64,000 nucleotides of DNA from Rhodosorus marinus CCMP1338. Taxonomy: Eukaryota; Plantae; Rhodophyta. How positions within the stretch are numbered: position 1 is the stretch's first letter; the number at the start of each line of letters is the position of its first letter. The stretch lies in assembly GCA_029953675.1 (NCBI GenBank), contig JAMWBK010000012.1, positions 1 to 64,000 of the forward strand, given 5' to 3'. Shown here piece after piece: positions 43,961 through 55,132 of the stretch. The notes beneath the pieces were generated by a model. That model made no database searches, was not told where the DNA came from, and worked only from the letters and a program-made list of their open reading frames with translations. The translations under genes and the position numbers were made by a program.

Positions 43961-45474
43961 CGATGAGCTCTCAATAATCCACACAATTCCAGATATTGGT
44001 ACCCGAAACCTTTATTCGGCCCCCCTCCTCCCACAAGCGTATTTCAGCTCTTCACAACGTCCCGAACTAGGGGCAGAAAAAATCAAATTGGTGTTATTGA
44101 CGCGATTTCTGTTTTTACCTTTTTATCTTTATTCCTGCGCACCACAAACTATATGGTACAATTCAACTTTCTTCATATATTTTATTCTTAATTTATACAA
44201 ATATTATGCTCACGAACGCCCAATACCCAATTATTCATCTGCAATATGAACTTGTCGTCGATACCAAAATAGCTTTAATTTTATCCTTTATTTGGTAAAT
44301 AGTTTGAACCAACATCTGGTGTGACGTTGCTTAGCACGAATTGGCTAACATAATCTTATATAATAATACTAAAATGTTTAATATACCTTTAAAAAGAGTA
44401 TAACGATCATTGATTGGATAATATGGAGATGATTACACCAGTTGGGGCGGCGTTCGCTAGTGGCAGCCCATTTTTGATTTTTGGGTGAATTTTCAATCCA
44501 TGGCAAAATTTAAATCTATCTTGGAGAATTTTTAGACGAAACCTCTCTAAATGGAACGTTTAGCCGGTAAAATGTCGTATTTCATTTGGTTTCCTTGTAT
44601 ATTTAGAATAGGAAAATCTAAAATATTGACGGGACGATGGTTGAGGAGAGGCATTGTAACGATTGATTTGGTCTTGGGGGGGGGGGAGGAAGTCAGGATG
44701 GCGAGCACTGATGCTTAAACCATTCATTCATTCGATGCAATGGGGAACTGGGATAGCTCTGCTGGTGGGATCCTATGAAATTCTATTTTTTCCCGAGGCT
44801 CAAACAGACTGAAATAGAAAAAAATTGGCTTAGAGAGCACAAATGAACTCCATAGTTGAGTCCGATCCGAAGCAGCAAGGTTTTCCGTTTAGCGTGGCTA
44901 GGCAACTTGGACTGATGCAAGGTTGATGGGTTGCCGGTCACATCGATAACTATGCGGTTGTCAGGGGTCATCCTTTCTCTTTGCGAAAGAGGACTCTATC
45001 TGTGTGCCATCTCGCGTTGTCCTGAACGGTTTGGAGAGCCGTCCCGGATTGAATTTCTTTGGCTGCCAGGATCCCGAACTGACCGGAACACGGTTCTGGA
45101 ATAAACGGCGAATTACCGCACTCGGGAGACGGCCCAGCTACAGGTTGACGAGATCTTGCTGACGTCCATAGGAGTTTGAATAACATTAAACCACCTCTTA
45201 TGTGCTGGCTAGCCTAGAACGTCTGTCACTGTAGAGCTTACAAACTGAATCCCAGTTCATCTGGCTAAGCTTGCAAATTGAGCACCTAAGGCGGTCGTCA
45301 ATCGCTTTTTCCATCCACGGACAATGATGAACTTGGCCAGCCACAGCTCATGAGCGTTTTTGGCACAGGAAGGGTATAAGAAGGTCACGGTGAGCTTTGA
45401 CGATGGATGTGTTCGGTGACTTGTCATCAACAGAGAAACAAAGAGAGAGAGGCAAAGAGAGAGAAACAGAGAAG

Positions 45475-46866
45475 ATGAAAACAGCAGCGGTAATCATAGT
45501 AATTCTGGCGGCGTTTGTCGTGGGAAGCCAGGCGACTTATGAAGAACGTGAGTTTTGCCTTCCGAGGGCGCCGGCGACGATCGGGATCCAAACCTACCTC
45601 AACTCGATCCACATGTGCCTCGACAACTGGGGACCGTGGAAGGGAATCGCTAATCGCTGGTATAATCCGGACGGAAGTTTCCTTGTCTTCCCCTCTGGAA
45701 AACAGATCCAGCTGAAGGTACTTCCGAGCAAGGCCAAGAAGGTCCCCAACAAGCCTGGCTTCAACCGTTGGTACGAGGCCTACGTCCGGGACGTTTGCAC
45801 TCAGGACATCGACTTCTACCCTTACAAACACCCCAAGATGGGTCAGCTCAACGTGTTGAGGCTTCACATGGAGAGCGCGGGTCCCGAAGTGAAAATCGGA
45901 TGCAGCAACACGCGCACGGATGCTCCCTGCAAGGCGCACTTCCTCAAGCACGACATCTCGCTGGACAACTTCAACATCAGGATCTACTTCAAGCTCCAAT
46001 CCAGCAAGAAGAAGGAAGGGTTTGTCCAAATGGTTCCGAAGTACGTCAAGGTGGACTTTGACATCAAGCCGGACTCCTGGGTGCTCGACAAACTGATCAA
46101 TGTGATGAACTACTTCTACGACTTGAAGGGTTACCTGGTGAAGGAAGTTGAGGAGGCGGTTATGGATGAGCTGGACAGGCCCGACATCCAAGAGCAGCTC
46201 ACCTTCGACCTCAACGAACTGATCACCGACAAAGTCATTGACTTTGTCAAGTCGAGGCTCGGCGATACCAGCGCGGTGTCCAACTGGGTTAAGAACAACA
46301 CCTCCATCAAGAGCTTCAGCGAAAAGAAGACCGAGCTATGCTTTACTGTTAGATACCCCAAGCCGGTACACATCTTCACGACTCAGATTCAGTACTTTAG
46401 AGCAGTCAATCCCGTCGTGAAAAAGATGTGTCCTTTCCAGTTCGGATTTATCAGCAGGGTCAAAGCCGGTGCACCGGTCAGTGGTTATGGGTAAATCCGC
46501 TACTCCGATGGTTCGAAGAGCAAGAACTTCAACTGGGGATTCTCAAAGCCCGGCAGCAGCACCGCCAACTTCTACAAAACTATTAAGGAGCAGGAGTCGG
46601 GTAGGGCCATCCTCTACCTCAAGCACAAGCTGTGGCACGGCGGATGGATCACGAAGAGGTCGGCCCTAGCCATGCGATGGGGAACGTCGTACAGAGGAGA
46701 GTGTGAGCTCGGATTCAAGTTCGAGATGGCGACCTCCAGAGTCCAAGAGGCCGACGTCGCTGATGACTCCGGTTTCGTCCAGGGCGAGTACCACGGTGAG
46801 ACTGATCCGAACGAGAGCAATGAGGACTTTGAGCAAGAATTCGACCAGCTAAAGGATGAGCAGTAA
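45475..46866 (+). CDS. Secreted protein (~463 aa) interrupted by one in-frame TAA at 46492-46494 (pseudogene, readthrough or sequence error)
   Basis: Signal peptide MKTAAVIIVILAAFVVGSQA; the same frame continues after TAA as IRYSDGSKSKNFNWG...FDQLKDEQ with the same C/G-ending codon usage. Confidence 0.65.
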
Positions 46867-47337
46867 AGGGATGGTGCTATTTCCCGCTTCATCGGAAGGA
46901 ATAGTCGCCCTGAAATCGTACAGAGATCCAAGTCTTTGTTCATATCTGTCATTGGTCACGTTGTTCGCTAAAAGTTGATTCTATTCTGGAAGACACTCAC
47001 GGACCTCGAAGGAACCTCATCCCGTTTGTTTTTAAGGACAGCTTTTGCAATGGCCTTCCAGTTCCAAAAGATCATCCGGCAGAACTCGTCGAGCATGGCC
47101 AGGTATCTGCCTCGCGAAGAGTACTCATCTCCTGCGTAGAAAGCCACTTGGTTTCTAGTCCTTTTGCGTCCGTTTAGTGTCCGTTGAATGGCAACACTCG
47201 CACAATACACTCTGCTTTCAGAGACTGCCCACCGCTATCCTAGCTTACGCTGGTTTTTATTGGATTTATTCGCTTTATTGGACTTTACTGGACTTTACTA
47301 GCATAGCCTGAAGCGCTACGCAAGGCGTGAAGATGAA

Positions 47338-50300
47338 CTAATAACTAGGGAGGGAAGCATGCAACCCCAGGCGCCGATGGCGCGCCTCGGAAAGTATGTC
47401 GCTGGAATATCGCCAAAGGGAGACACTTAAACGCCTCAAGATCGCCAAATATTCAGTAGGATGCTCAGCAAAACATTTCCGCAACCACTCTAAACCCGAC
47501 TTATCCACGTGACCAAAGCTTTCCACAATGAATGGCTGGAACCGGTGAGAGCGACCCTCAGCGCAAGGCAGACTGGCCATGCTCTCAGCATACCGTCGTT
47601 CCTTAACTCTTCGAAGGGCTGAAGCCGCGGCCCCCCGGCGGCGGGCGGCTGCGGTGAGGTGGGCGCTGGCCACGGGGCAGGTAATCGCAAGGTCCACATA
47701 TGTTGAGCGTCTGGCAGCAGCGTCGGAGACGAGGAGATCGGCTATACAACGGGGCGGTGCAGAGTCCGAGATGGATCTGGGCAGTTCCGACTCAACCTCA
47801 ACCGTATGCCCTATCCGAGTCAAAGATTCGCTGAGGATGTACTTGAGGCGAGTGTGACGCCTCGTACGGAGACCTCGCAACAGTCCGCAGGAACCCAGGA
47901 AGTGGTAGCCACAAGCGTCAATCCGGCTCTCACATCCCTGACAGAAAGACGGCCGATTAGAGTGCCACGGAGCCTGTGGCAAACCGAGATAGATCCGTGC
48001 GGCAGAACGGAACTGGAAAGCATCGAGACGATGACTCAATGACGACGGTAGAGTGGTTAACCACAAGTGCGAGAGGTGGCCTCCCATGCCGCGGAGACGA
48101 GCGGCAGTGGTAGGCGGCGTGAGAGGAGAATTGAGCATGACTGTGTGAGCGGCACTGTGTTGGCCCCAGGTGAGGCTATGTTGAATCACATCAGTGCGGG
48201 AGCTCCACAATCGGCTCAAACCCGGGTAGTCTGCAACAGGGGACCCGGGGCTAGCCTCTCCGTCATCGGCAAGAACTCGGTCGAGGGGAGAATCCTCAAT
48301 CGCTTCAGCTCGTCCCCATAACAGCTCCCTCCAGGAACGAAAGCGGGACCGATTTGCGTCCGGCACGGCGTTGCACCTCCTGACCGCGTGTTGAAGACCA
48401 TCATAAATTGTCAAAAGCGGGGGCTGCAGGGTCACTGGATCCTCGTTGGTCAAAGCTCGAGCCAAGAGGCAGGCACTTCGCATCCGGAAGGTCACCAACG
48501 TTCGCAGCGCGGTAGCCCAGAAGGCAACCGCCGCTGGCGAGCATACCAGCCCACGGTCTGCGACGCCGAATCCCCCTAATCGCAACGGTAGAGCGATCTT
48601 TGCACGAATAAAGTCCCTGTCGGGAGCAGCTTCAAGATCGAGGGGCTCATCCAAGAGCGTTCCCCAGTGTTGCAGGGTCATTTCGTCGGCTTTAGCCGCG
48701 ATCCACGAGCCCCAAGCTGGAGGCAGGCTGCGCAACCAGTAGTTGAGTCTGGGACCGGCACAAAAGCGGGAAAGCAAGCAGGCCGATTGCAGCATGCTGT
48801 CGGGTAGGTGCTCAATGGCGTCGGTGAGTTGCTTGTGCCGTGCCAAAACTCGCTCGCAGGATGCTTGGACAAAGTTGTCAGTCCCCAATCCGACGCCGTG
48901 GTGTTCGAACCCTTCACGTTCGCTGATTAGTCGCAGAGTGGGTGGCAGAGAGTTCAGCGACACGTCCCTCGCGGGGAGAAAGCGACATTTTTCTGTTTCC
49001 ACAGTCAAACCGACGCGACGTGCAATCGCTTCGATCGCGGTCAGTCCCCTAGCCAGGGTGTCAGGGGTGCCCAGCAATGTTACGTCATCGTGGTACGCGC
49101 AGATTCGAAGATCCGAGACCTCAGTCGAAAGACGTAAAAGTACGAGCTGTAGGGCACAGGCATGAAGAAGAGGTCCGCAAGGGTCGCCTTGTTGGACGCC
49201 AGTATGTGCTTGAAAAACAGTGCCCTCCGTTGTCAAGTAGGGGAGGCTCTCCCCTCCGTAAATACCCGATAGAAACGGTCACGCCTCCGGAAACACCCGT
49301 CGGAGCACCTCTAGCGCATGCGTCCGCGACACGCTGTTGAATGCGTTCCGGAAATCAACCACCAAGACTCCCCACTCCGGCCTACTGGCGCGTTCTAGCT
49401 CGATCCCATGGGTGAACAGTTCGCAACCCCCCCAGAAAATCCCACCCCTACTTGCAAGGGCGCCATAAAAGCTGTGACGCGCTGGCGAAGGCGCTGGCAT
49501 AGCCACCTCCCGGCTAACTTCCGTAGGCTCTCCACCATCCCGATCGGCCGGAGACGCGGGTGGGCCGGCTGGTGGTCAGGTTTCGTGAGCAAGCAAAGCT
49601 GTGCCTGCCGGAGATGTTCCCATGGCGCGGACGCACCCGATACGCCCTGGAACAACTTTTTAAGGATCCTCAGAAGCGCGCTCTGGCCAGGCTGGCTCAG
49701 GGCCTGCAATAGCTCTGTTCTTAGTCCGGAGGGTCCAGGACAGCGTCCCCGACGCGAGGTACGAAGCAAATCCTCCAGGTCAGACTCACTGAGCGTCAGA
49801 TCGATGCGAAACCTGGCCAATTCCGGACGGTCCAAGAATACCTCGAATTCAGGGGACAAATCCACGTCGGACTCAGGGAACAAAGACGACACCGTCTGGG
49901 CGAGACTATCATCGTAGGGGAGGACAGGCGCCTGGCCCTCCAAAACCCGCGCCGCTCGACTTAAATCGCCCACTGCTACCAATTTCTGTACTCGAGCTGG
50001 CACGGGCGACACTGTGCCATGCCGAGTCCGACGGGCGGATGGTGCTGACGACGCCAAATAGCTGCGCTGTAGTACTTCGAAGTCTCCCTTCAAGAACAGG
50101 GCCAGTCGGTCTCGTACTCGCCATCTGCGCTCCGATGTGTGAATGGGGGCCAGAATCAGGCGCGGCATGACCCCCAGAAAAACCCAAATGACTGTGTCCC
50201 GAATGTTGCGAGCCAGGCTCGTGAAGATGAAATCGAGAATGGTTCCAGCTACCAGAAGGTCTCCACGAGGAAGGACGACTGGGGGAATGCCCCCACGGAG

Positions 50301-50411
50301 GGGAAGCGAGCCTCCTTCCAAAGAAATCCACCGCCGGAGCCAACTCCGAAAACGCGTACGCCAAATGCCCCAGTCTCCGCCCTCCTTCAGGACATAAGAC
50401 TGTAGATCCAT
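47338..50411 (-). pseudogene. Family C ORF2 (RT-CCHC-RLE, ~1020 aa when repaired)
   Basis: RPIGMVESLRK, VDFRNAFNSVSR, GVQQGDPCGP, AYHDDV, CQGC..HFLGSC, IVESFG; the intact TGG codon is seen in the 28.4 kb copy. Confidence 0.9.
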
Positions 50412-50442
50412 AGGCTGCGACCTCGCAGCCGTGCCTGGAGCG

Positions 50443-51927
50443 CTAATCGTGCTTCTCCCCCTTAGACCCGGGGGAGTCGGTCCTCGCTCTCTTACCTCCT
50501 ATCCGCACCAAAGTCGTGAGCCTCCCACTCCGCGAGGCTCGCGGAACGGATCCCGCGGGCTTCAGCAAAGTAACCTGGGCGTCCTCCACAGCCATGCCCT
50601 CAGTCTGCTCCCCTGCCTCACCACTCTCGCTGGAAGTAGTGCTGGAAGCAGAGCCCTCCAAAATCCCCACCCGCTGCAGCTCTGTCTTGTAGCGCGAAGT
50701 CAGCACAAGTCGCCTCTCCAGATCGAAGAAACTGGAAACCGCCATGCGCAGGTGACGAGGGCCCGACCGGAACCGCGCCAACAAGATCCTCTCAAGGCGC
50801 TGAATCCGTAGCCAATGGATCGCTGCCGCCTTCACGCTGCTCTCATGCTCAGAGAGCCCTGCCGTTTCTCCCGGAGACAGGAAATTGCCCGAGAAACGGT
50901 CAAAATCGAAGTGCAAAACCACCTGCGGGTTGCAGCGCAGCCACCGGGCGCTCTCAGGCCACTGCTCGGTAGGCTTCGCCAGCAAGGCCTCCAGGTACTT
51001 GGCGGCGGTTGCGGAGACCAAAAACAGCACATCGCGGCCCTCATAGTTTGCGAAGAAGAAATCACCCCGGCTGCACCCTAACGATTCCGCAAAAGTGTCC
51101 CGGAAGTCTCGCATAGACGGAACCTGTCCTCGTGTAGTCTGGGGCCGGACATTTCGCACCCACAGAAATTGGAGAGTGGTCTCCACAGGTCCATCCTGAG
51201 GCTCGCGAGATGGTATGAAACGGAGCATAGCCGCCGTACGTGTGGCAGTGGTGCCCTTCCGCAAGACTGATGCGTACGAAGCGCCCCCCTTGCGGCCACC
51301 ACGTGCCCCCGAAGTAGCCGGGAGCTGGTGACGACCTGAGGGCTGGTCCAAGAGAGGGAAGTCCACAGCTGCAGTCTCCTCCACACCGGTTGCCGCACAG
51401 TCACCACCACCATTGCCTCGAGTCCCCGAGCGCTGAAGCGCGTTTTGGCCCGGCCTGCCGCTCCCCAACGTCGTACTGTCCCGCGCAGAAGCAACAGCCC
51501 TCGCCTGTCCCGGGACAGGTTCATGTTGATTGACCGGATGTGGACTGCCTTCAGCCAACGCTGCCACTCTGGGGCAATTCAAATTCTCGTCCGAATTTGA
51601 ATTTGACCTGGCCAGCAATCCCGATTCCAGCCCACCTAGCTTCTGGGTGAGCTGAGGGAGCACTCCACGATCACTCGCAGCCGTGATCAGGCTGGTGACA
51701 GCGGAGATAAGTGAACGCGCCTGCGTGCCAGAAGCGCCTTCCAAGTCAACCTCGGAAGAAAACGTGCCGCAGCTGAGGCGAACACGGAGTCCCCCACCTG
51801 GCAGTGCCTCCTTGGGAGGAGGCTCCGTCGAGTGCGGAGATATCCCTACCATCCTGAGGGAATCCGCCAAGGAAACGTTGCACCACCAATATGAAACCGC
51901 ACCGAGAGAATAATCGACCAAACCCAA
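50443..51927 (-). CDS. Family C ORF1 (494 aa; RRM-like core)
   Basis: ASYASVLRK and ETTLQFLWVRNVRPQ resemble B ORF1 ETTPVLVTLRNIRPP. Confidence 0.75.
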   Translation of the reverse strand: MGLVDYSLGAVSYWWCNVSLADSLRMVGISPHSTEPPPKEALPGGGLRVRLSCGTFSSEVDLEGASGTQARSLISAVTSLITAASDRGVLPQLTQKLGGLESGLLARSNSNSDENLNCPRVAALAEGSPHPVNQHEPVPGQARAVASARDSTTLGSGRPGQNALQRSGTRGNGGGDCAATGVEETAAVDFPLLDQPSGRHQLPATSGARGGRKGGASYASVLRKGTTATRTAAMLRFIPSREPQDGPVETTLQFLWVRNVRPQTTRGQVPSMRDFRDTFAESLGCSRGDFFFANYEGRDVLFLVSATAAKYLEALLAKPTEQWPESARWLRCNPQVVLHFDFDRFSGNFLSPGETAGLSEHESSVKAAAIHWLRIQRLERILLARFRSGPRHLRMAVSSFFDLERRLVLTSRYKTELQRVGILEGSASSTTSSESGEAGEQTEGMAVEDAQVTLLKPAGSVPRASRSGRLTTLVRIGGKRARTDSPGSKGEKHD

Positions 51928-52102
51928 CCCAAATAGGAAAGGCCCCGCAACTCACCCACCCGGAAGACAGAAGTAGTTGCAAATGCAAACGACGCCCCGC
52001 GGAAAATCGAGGGGAAGGCGTACCAGAGGAAGCGCTTCCCGTAAACGAACACGCTCGCGACCGAAAAAGAAACAAAACCCCAATCCTCGACAGGGGATTG
52101 GG

Positions 52103-53790
52103 CTTTACTAGCATAGCCTGAAGCGCTACGCAAGGCGTGAAGATGAACTAATAACTAGGGAGGGAAGCATGCAACCCCAGGCGCCGATGGCGCGCCTCGG
52201 AAAGCATGTGGCTGGAATATCGCCAAAGGGAGACACTTAAACGCCTCAAGAGCGCCAAATATTCAGTAGGATGCTCAGCAAAACATTTCCGCAACCACTC
52301 TAAACCCGACTTATCCACGTGACCAAAGCTTTCCACAATGAATGGCTGGAACCGGTGAGAGCGACCCTCAGCGCAAGGCAGACTGGCCATGCTCTCAGCA
52401 TACCGTCGTTCCTTAACTTTCGCTTTATTAGCATTGGATTTATTAGCATAGCCTGAAGCGCTACGCCATGAAAAGGAACTAAGAACTATGTAGGCAAGCG
52501 TGCAAACCCAGGCGCCTATGGCGCGCTTCGGCAAGCATGCTACTCGAATATCCGATTTTATTAGCCTGAAGCGCTACACAAGCCGTGAAATTTTTATTAG
52601 CATAGCCTACAGCGCTACGCAAGGCGTGAAAAGGAACTAGGAGCTAGGTAGGGAAGCATGCAAAACCAGGCGCAGCGATAATACTGGCTTTATTAGCATA
52701 GCCTAAAGCGCCACGCAAACCGAGAAAAGGAACTAAGAACTAGGTAGGCAAGCGTGCAAACCCAGGCGCCTATGGCGCGCTTCGGCAAGCATGCTACTCG
52801 AATATCGCCACAGAGAGACACTTAAACGCCGCAAAAGTTCCAAGTATTCAACAGGATGCTCAGTGAAACATTTCCTCAACCACTCCAAACCTGACTTCTC
52901 CACGTGACCAAAGCTTTCCACAATGAAAGGTTGGAACCGGTGGGAGCGACCCTCAGCGCGAGGCAGACTGGCCATACTCTCAGTATACCGTCGTTCCTTC
53001 ACGCGGCGAAGGGCCGAAGCAGCTGCTCCCCGGCGGCGGGCGGCAGCCGTGAGATGGGCGCTTGCCACAGGGCATGTAATCGCGAGGTCAACATATACTG
53101 AGCGTCTGGCGGTTGCATCGGAGACGAGGAGATCTGCGATACAGCGGGGCGGTGCCGTGTCCGATTTATTTAGCCTGAAGCGCTACGCAAGGCGTGAAAA
53201 TTTTATTAGCATAGCCTACAGCGCTACGCAAGGCGTGAAAAGGAACTAGGAACTAGGTAGGGAAGCATGCAAACCCAGGCGCAGCGATATTACTGGCTTT
53301 ATTAGCATAGCCTAAAGCGCTACGCAAACCATGAAAAGGAACTAAGAACTAGGTAGGCAAGCGTGCAAACCCAGGCGGGGTGGCGCTCCTCGGCAAGCAT
53401 GCTGCTCGAATATCGCTGAGAGACACTTAAACGCCTAACGTAACCGCAAAAGTTCCAAGTATTCAACAGGATGCTCAGTGAAACTTTTCCGCACCCACTC
53501 CAAACCCGACTTCTCCACTTGACCAAAGCTTTCCACAATGAAAGGCTGGAACCGTAAGCTAAAATGAATGTTCCGGTGGGAGCGACCCTCAGCGCGAGGC
53601 AGACTGGCCATACTCTCAGTATACCGTCGTTCCTTCACGCGGCGAAGGGCTGAAGCAGCTGCTCCCCGGCGGCGGGCGGCAGCCGTGAGATGGGAGCTTG
53701 CCACAGGGCATGTAATCGTGAGGTCAACATATGCTGAGCGTCTGGCGCTAGCATCTGTTAAGCCAGCGCGCAAGCTCAGTGCAGATCTCC
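52103..53790 (-). mobile_element. Head-to-tail stack of about nine 5'-truncated family C 3' ends, including a ~610-bp compound unit duplicated in tandem (52552-53160 / 53161-53760)
   Basis: Repeated TAGCATAGCCT..GCGCTACGC 3' termini separated by 40-400 bp of C sequence. Confidence 0.88.
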
Positions 53791-53791
53791 G

Positions 53792-53900
53792 CTAACCCCA
53801 GACGAACGTAGCTATAGACTTTACTGGGCAACTGCAGCGCATCACTAGTTCTATCACTATCTAGGGAAGATTGTTGGGTAGCCCCAGACTAACGTAACCC
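53792..53900. repeat. Innermost telomere remnants (53792-53810, 53882-53900) bracketing a B-type 3' fragment (53811-53878)
   Basis: ctaaccccagacgaacgta ... ctttactgggcaactgcagc...ctatctagggaa ... ccccagactaacgtaaccc. Confidence 0.8.
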
Positions 53901-53969
53901 TATCTACTAACTACCTACGACACTGCTCTACTACCGCAGTACCACGCAGAGATGATCCCGAATGGCCTT

Positions 53970-54041
53970 TTAGAAAGCCGTTACGTAATGTTGGCAGGGA
54001 AGAGGTTACTTCCCTGCCAACATTAAGTAACGGCTTTCTAA
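53970..54041. other. Near-perfect palindrome / hairpin, 33-bp stem (1 mismatch) with 6-nt loop
   Basis: ttagaaagccgttacgtaatgttggcagggaag-aggtta-cttccctgccaacattaagtaacggctttctaa. Confidence 0.9.
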
Positions 54042-55132
54042 ACACAAGATTCTACGTAATTCTATAATGTTTTCTCAAAATATGGTCCACTGCTGCTTTC
54101 TTGTCTCGGTTTTTCTTTATCGGGCTACAACAAGGGGTACTCTTACAAAAGAACAAGCGAAAGCTCTGGGTGGCTAGAGGGTCGCGGGGGGGTGCGGTGG
54201 GGTATAGCTTGATTGCGAGTGCTTTGGCGTCCAAAATTAAAATGGGACATCGGCAATCAAATATGAAATAAAATTTAAATACTTTTTTACTGGTTGTTTT
54301 GAGTGTCCGGCTGTGGGCTGTTCTTTTGGAGTTTGAAAGCACTCTCGTGCATTAAATGGGTTTAACCCACGGTCTGACCCTAAGATGCTGGATCCTGACA
54401 TCGAGTGAGAGGAAGACACCCGAGGGGGAGAAGGGGTGGCGATCTGACAACATCATTGGAGTAACCGAGGGTGAGCAAAGCTGAGCAGTTTTGGGTGACG
54501 ATGATGATGATAATGAGCCGGCCCATAACCTGTTCTTTTCCTGCACATACACGTTTCTTGTCTTGAAAATCTCCTTTCCATCGCAGGAAGTTTTGTTAGG
54601 TGAGCGAAGCTGAGTAGAAGAGGATACGGCTCTCGTATTTCGTCCATCAGCAACCCAGGAATCAAGCCTCGAAGATTTTATACTGGGACTCCGCTACATA
54701 CTCGCAAGTGGCCAACGCTACACGCCTAACTACTGAGTGGGACAATAAAGACAAATATATGCAATAAATTTAATTAAATGCCCAATTGCCTTTTTCGGTA
54801 GGATCACCAAGGCAACTTCGCGTTCCAAAATCGCCGGAGGAGGGTTCGACACAAACAATTCCGCTTTCGTGAAACTCCTTCCCGCTAACCGTCTAAGCGA
54901 TTCGATGGTGAAGCTCACACCCATGCGCAACAGATACAATCCACTTAAGCACTCACCGGTCTCAAGAATTTCAACTTTTTGCCTTTTCCTGCAAATCTCT
55001 CTCTTTCCCCCCTCTTCTATTCCCACTATCGCTACTCGAACTTGGGATATTAACCGAGTCCATTCGCTAATGATGCATCATGCACATAGAAAAACCATTA
55101 AATCGAGAATGACAGTCTGCAGCACCCGGAAA

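Larger units (their letters stand above)
47251..52102 (-). mobile_element. Full-length (~4.85 kb) family C RLE retrotransposon (ORF1 intact; ORF2 has a homopolymer frameshift near 49440 and TGG>TGA near 49280)
   Basis: ORF1 50443-51927; ORF2 pieces 49395-50411, 49279-49506 and 47338-49236; reiterated tail 47251-47300; 8-bp hairpin at the extreme 5' end (52078-52102). Confidence 0.92.

Noticed and set aside
46492-46494. Stop-codon reassignment as the explanation of the in-frame TAA
   Set aside because: Other genes and ORFs in the window end normally at TAA, TAG and TGA, and long ORFs lack internal stops.
52040-52102. HDV-like or hammerhead ribozyme at element 5' ends
   Set aside because: Only a single 8-bp hairpin is evident; I could not fit the nested pseudoknot or the CUGANGA/GAAA core by eye. 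An RNAmotif/Infernal search is needed.
54052-55030. Short ORFs between the fossil telomere and the palindrome; also 17860-18330, 36207-36512, 44783-45186 and 63008-63755
   Set aside because: No recognisable motifs, homologous copies or consistent splice structure; cannot be supported as genes.
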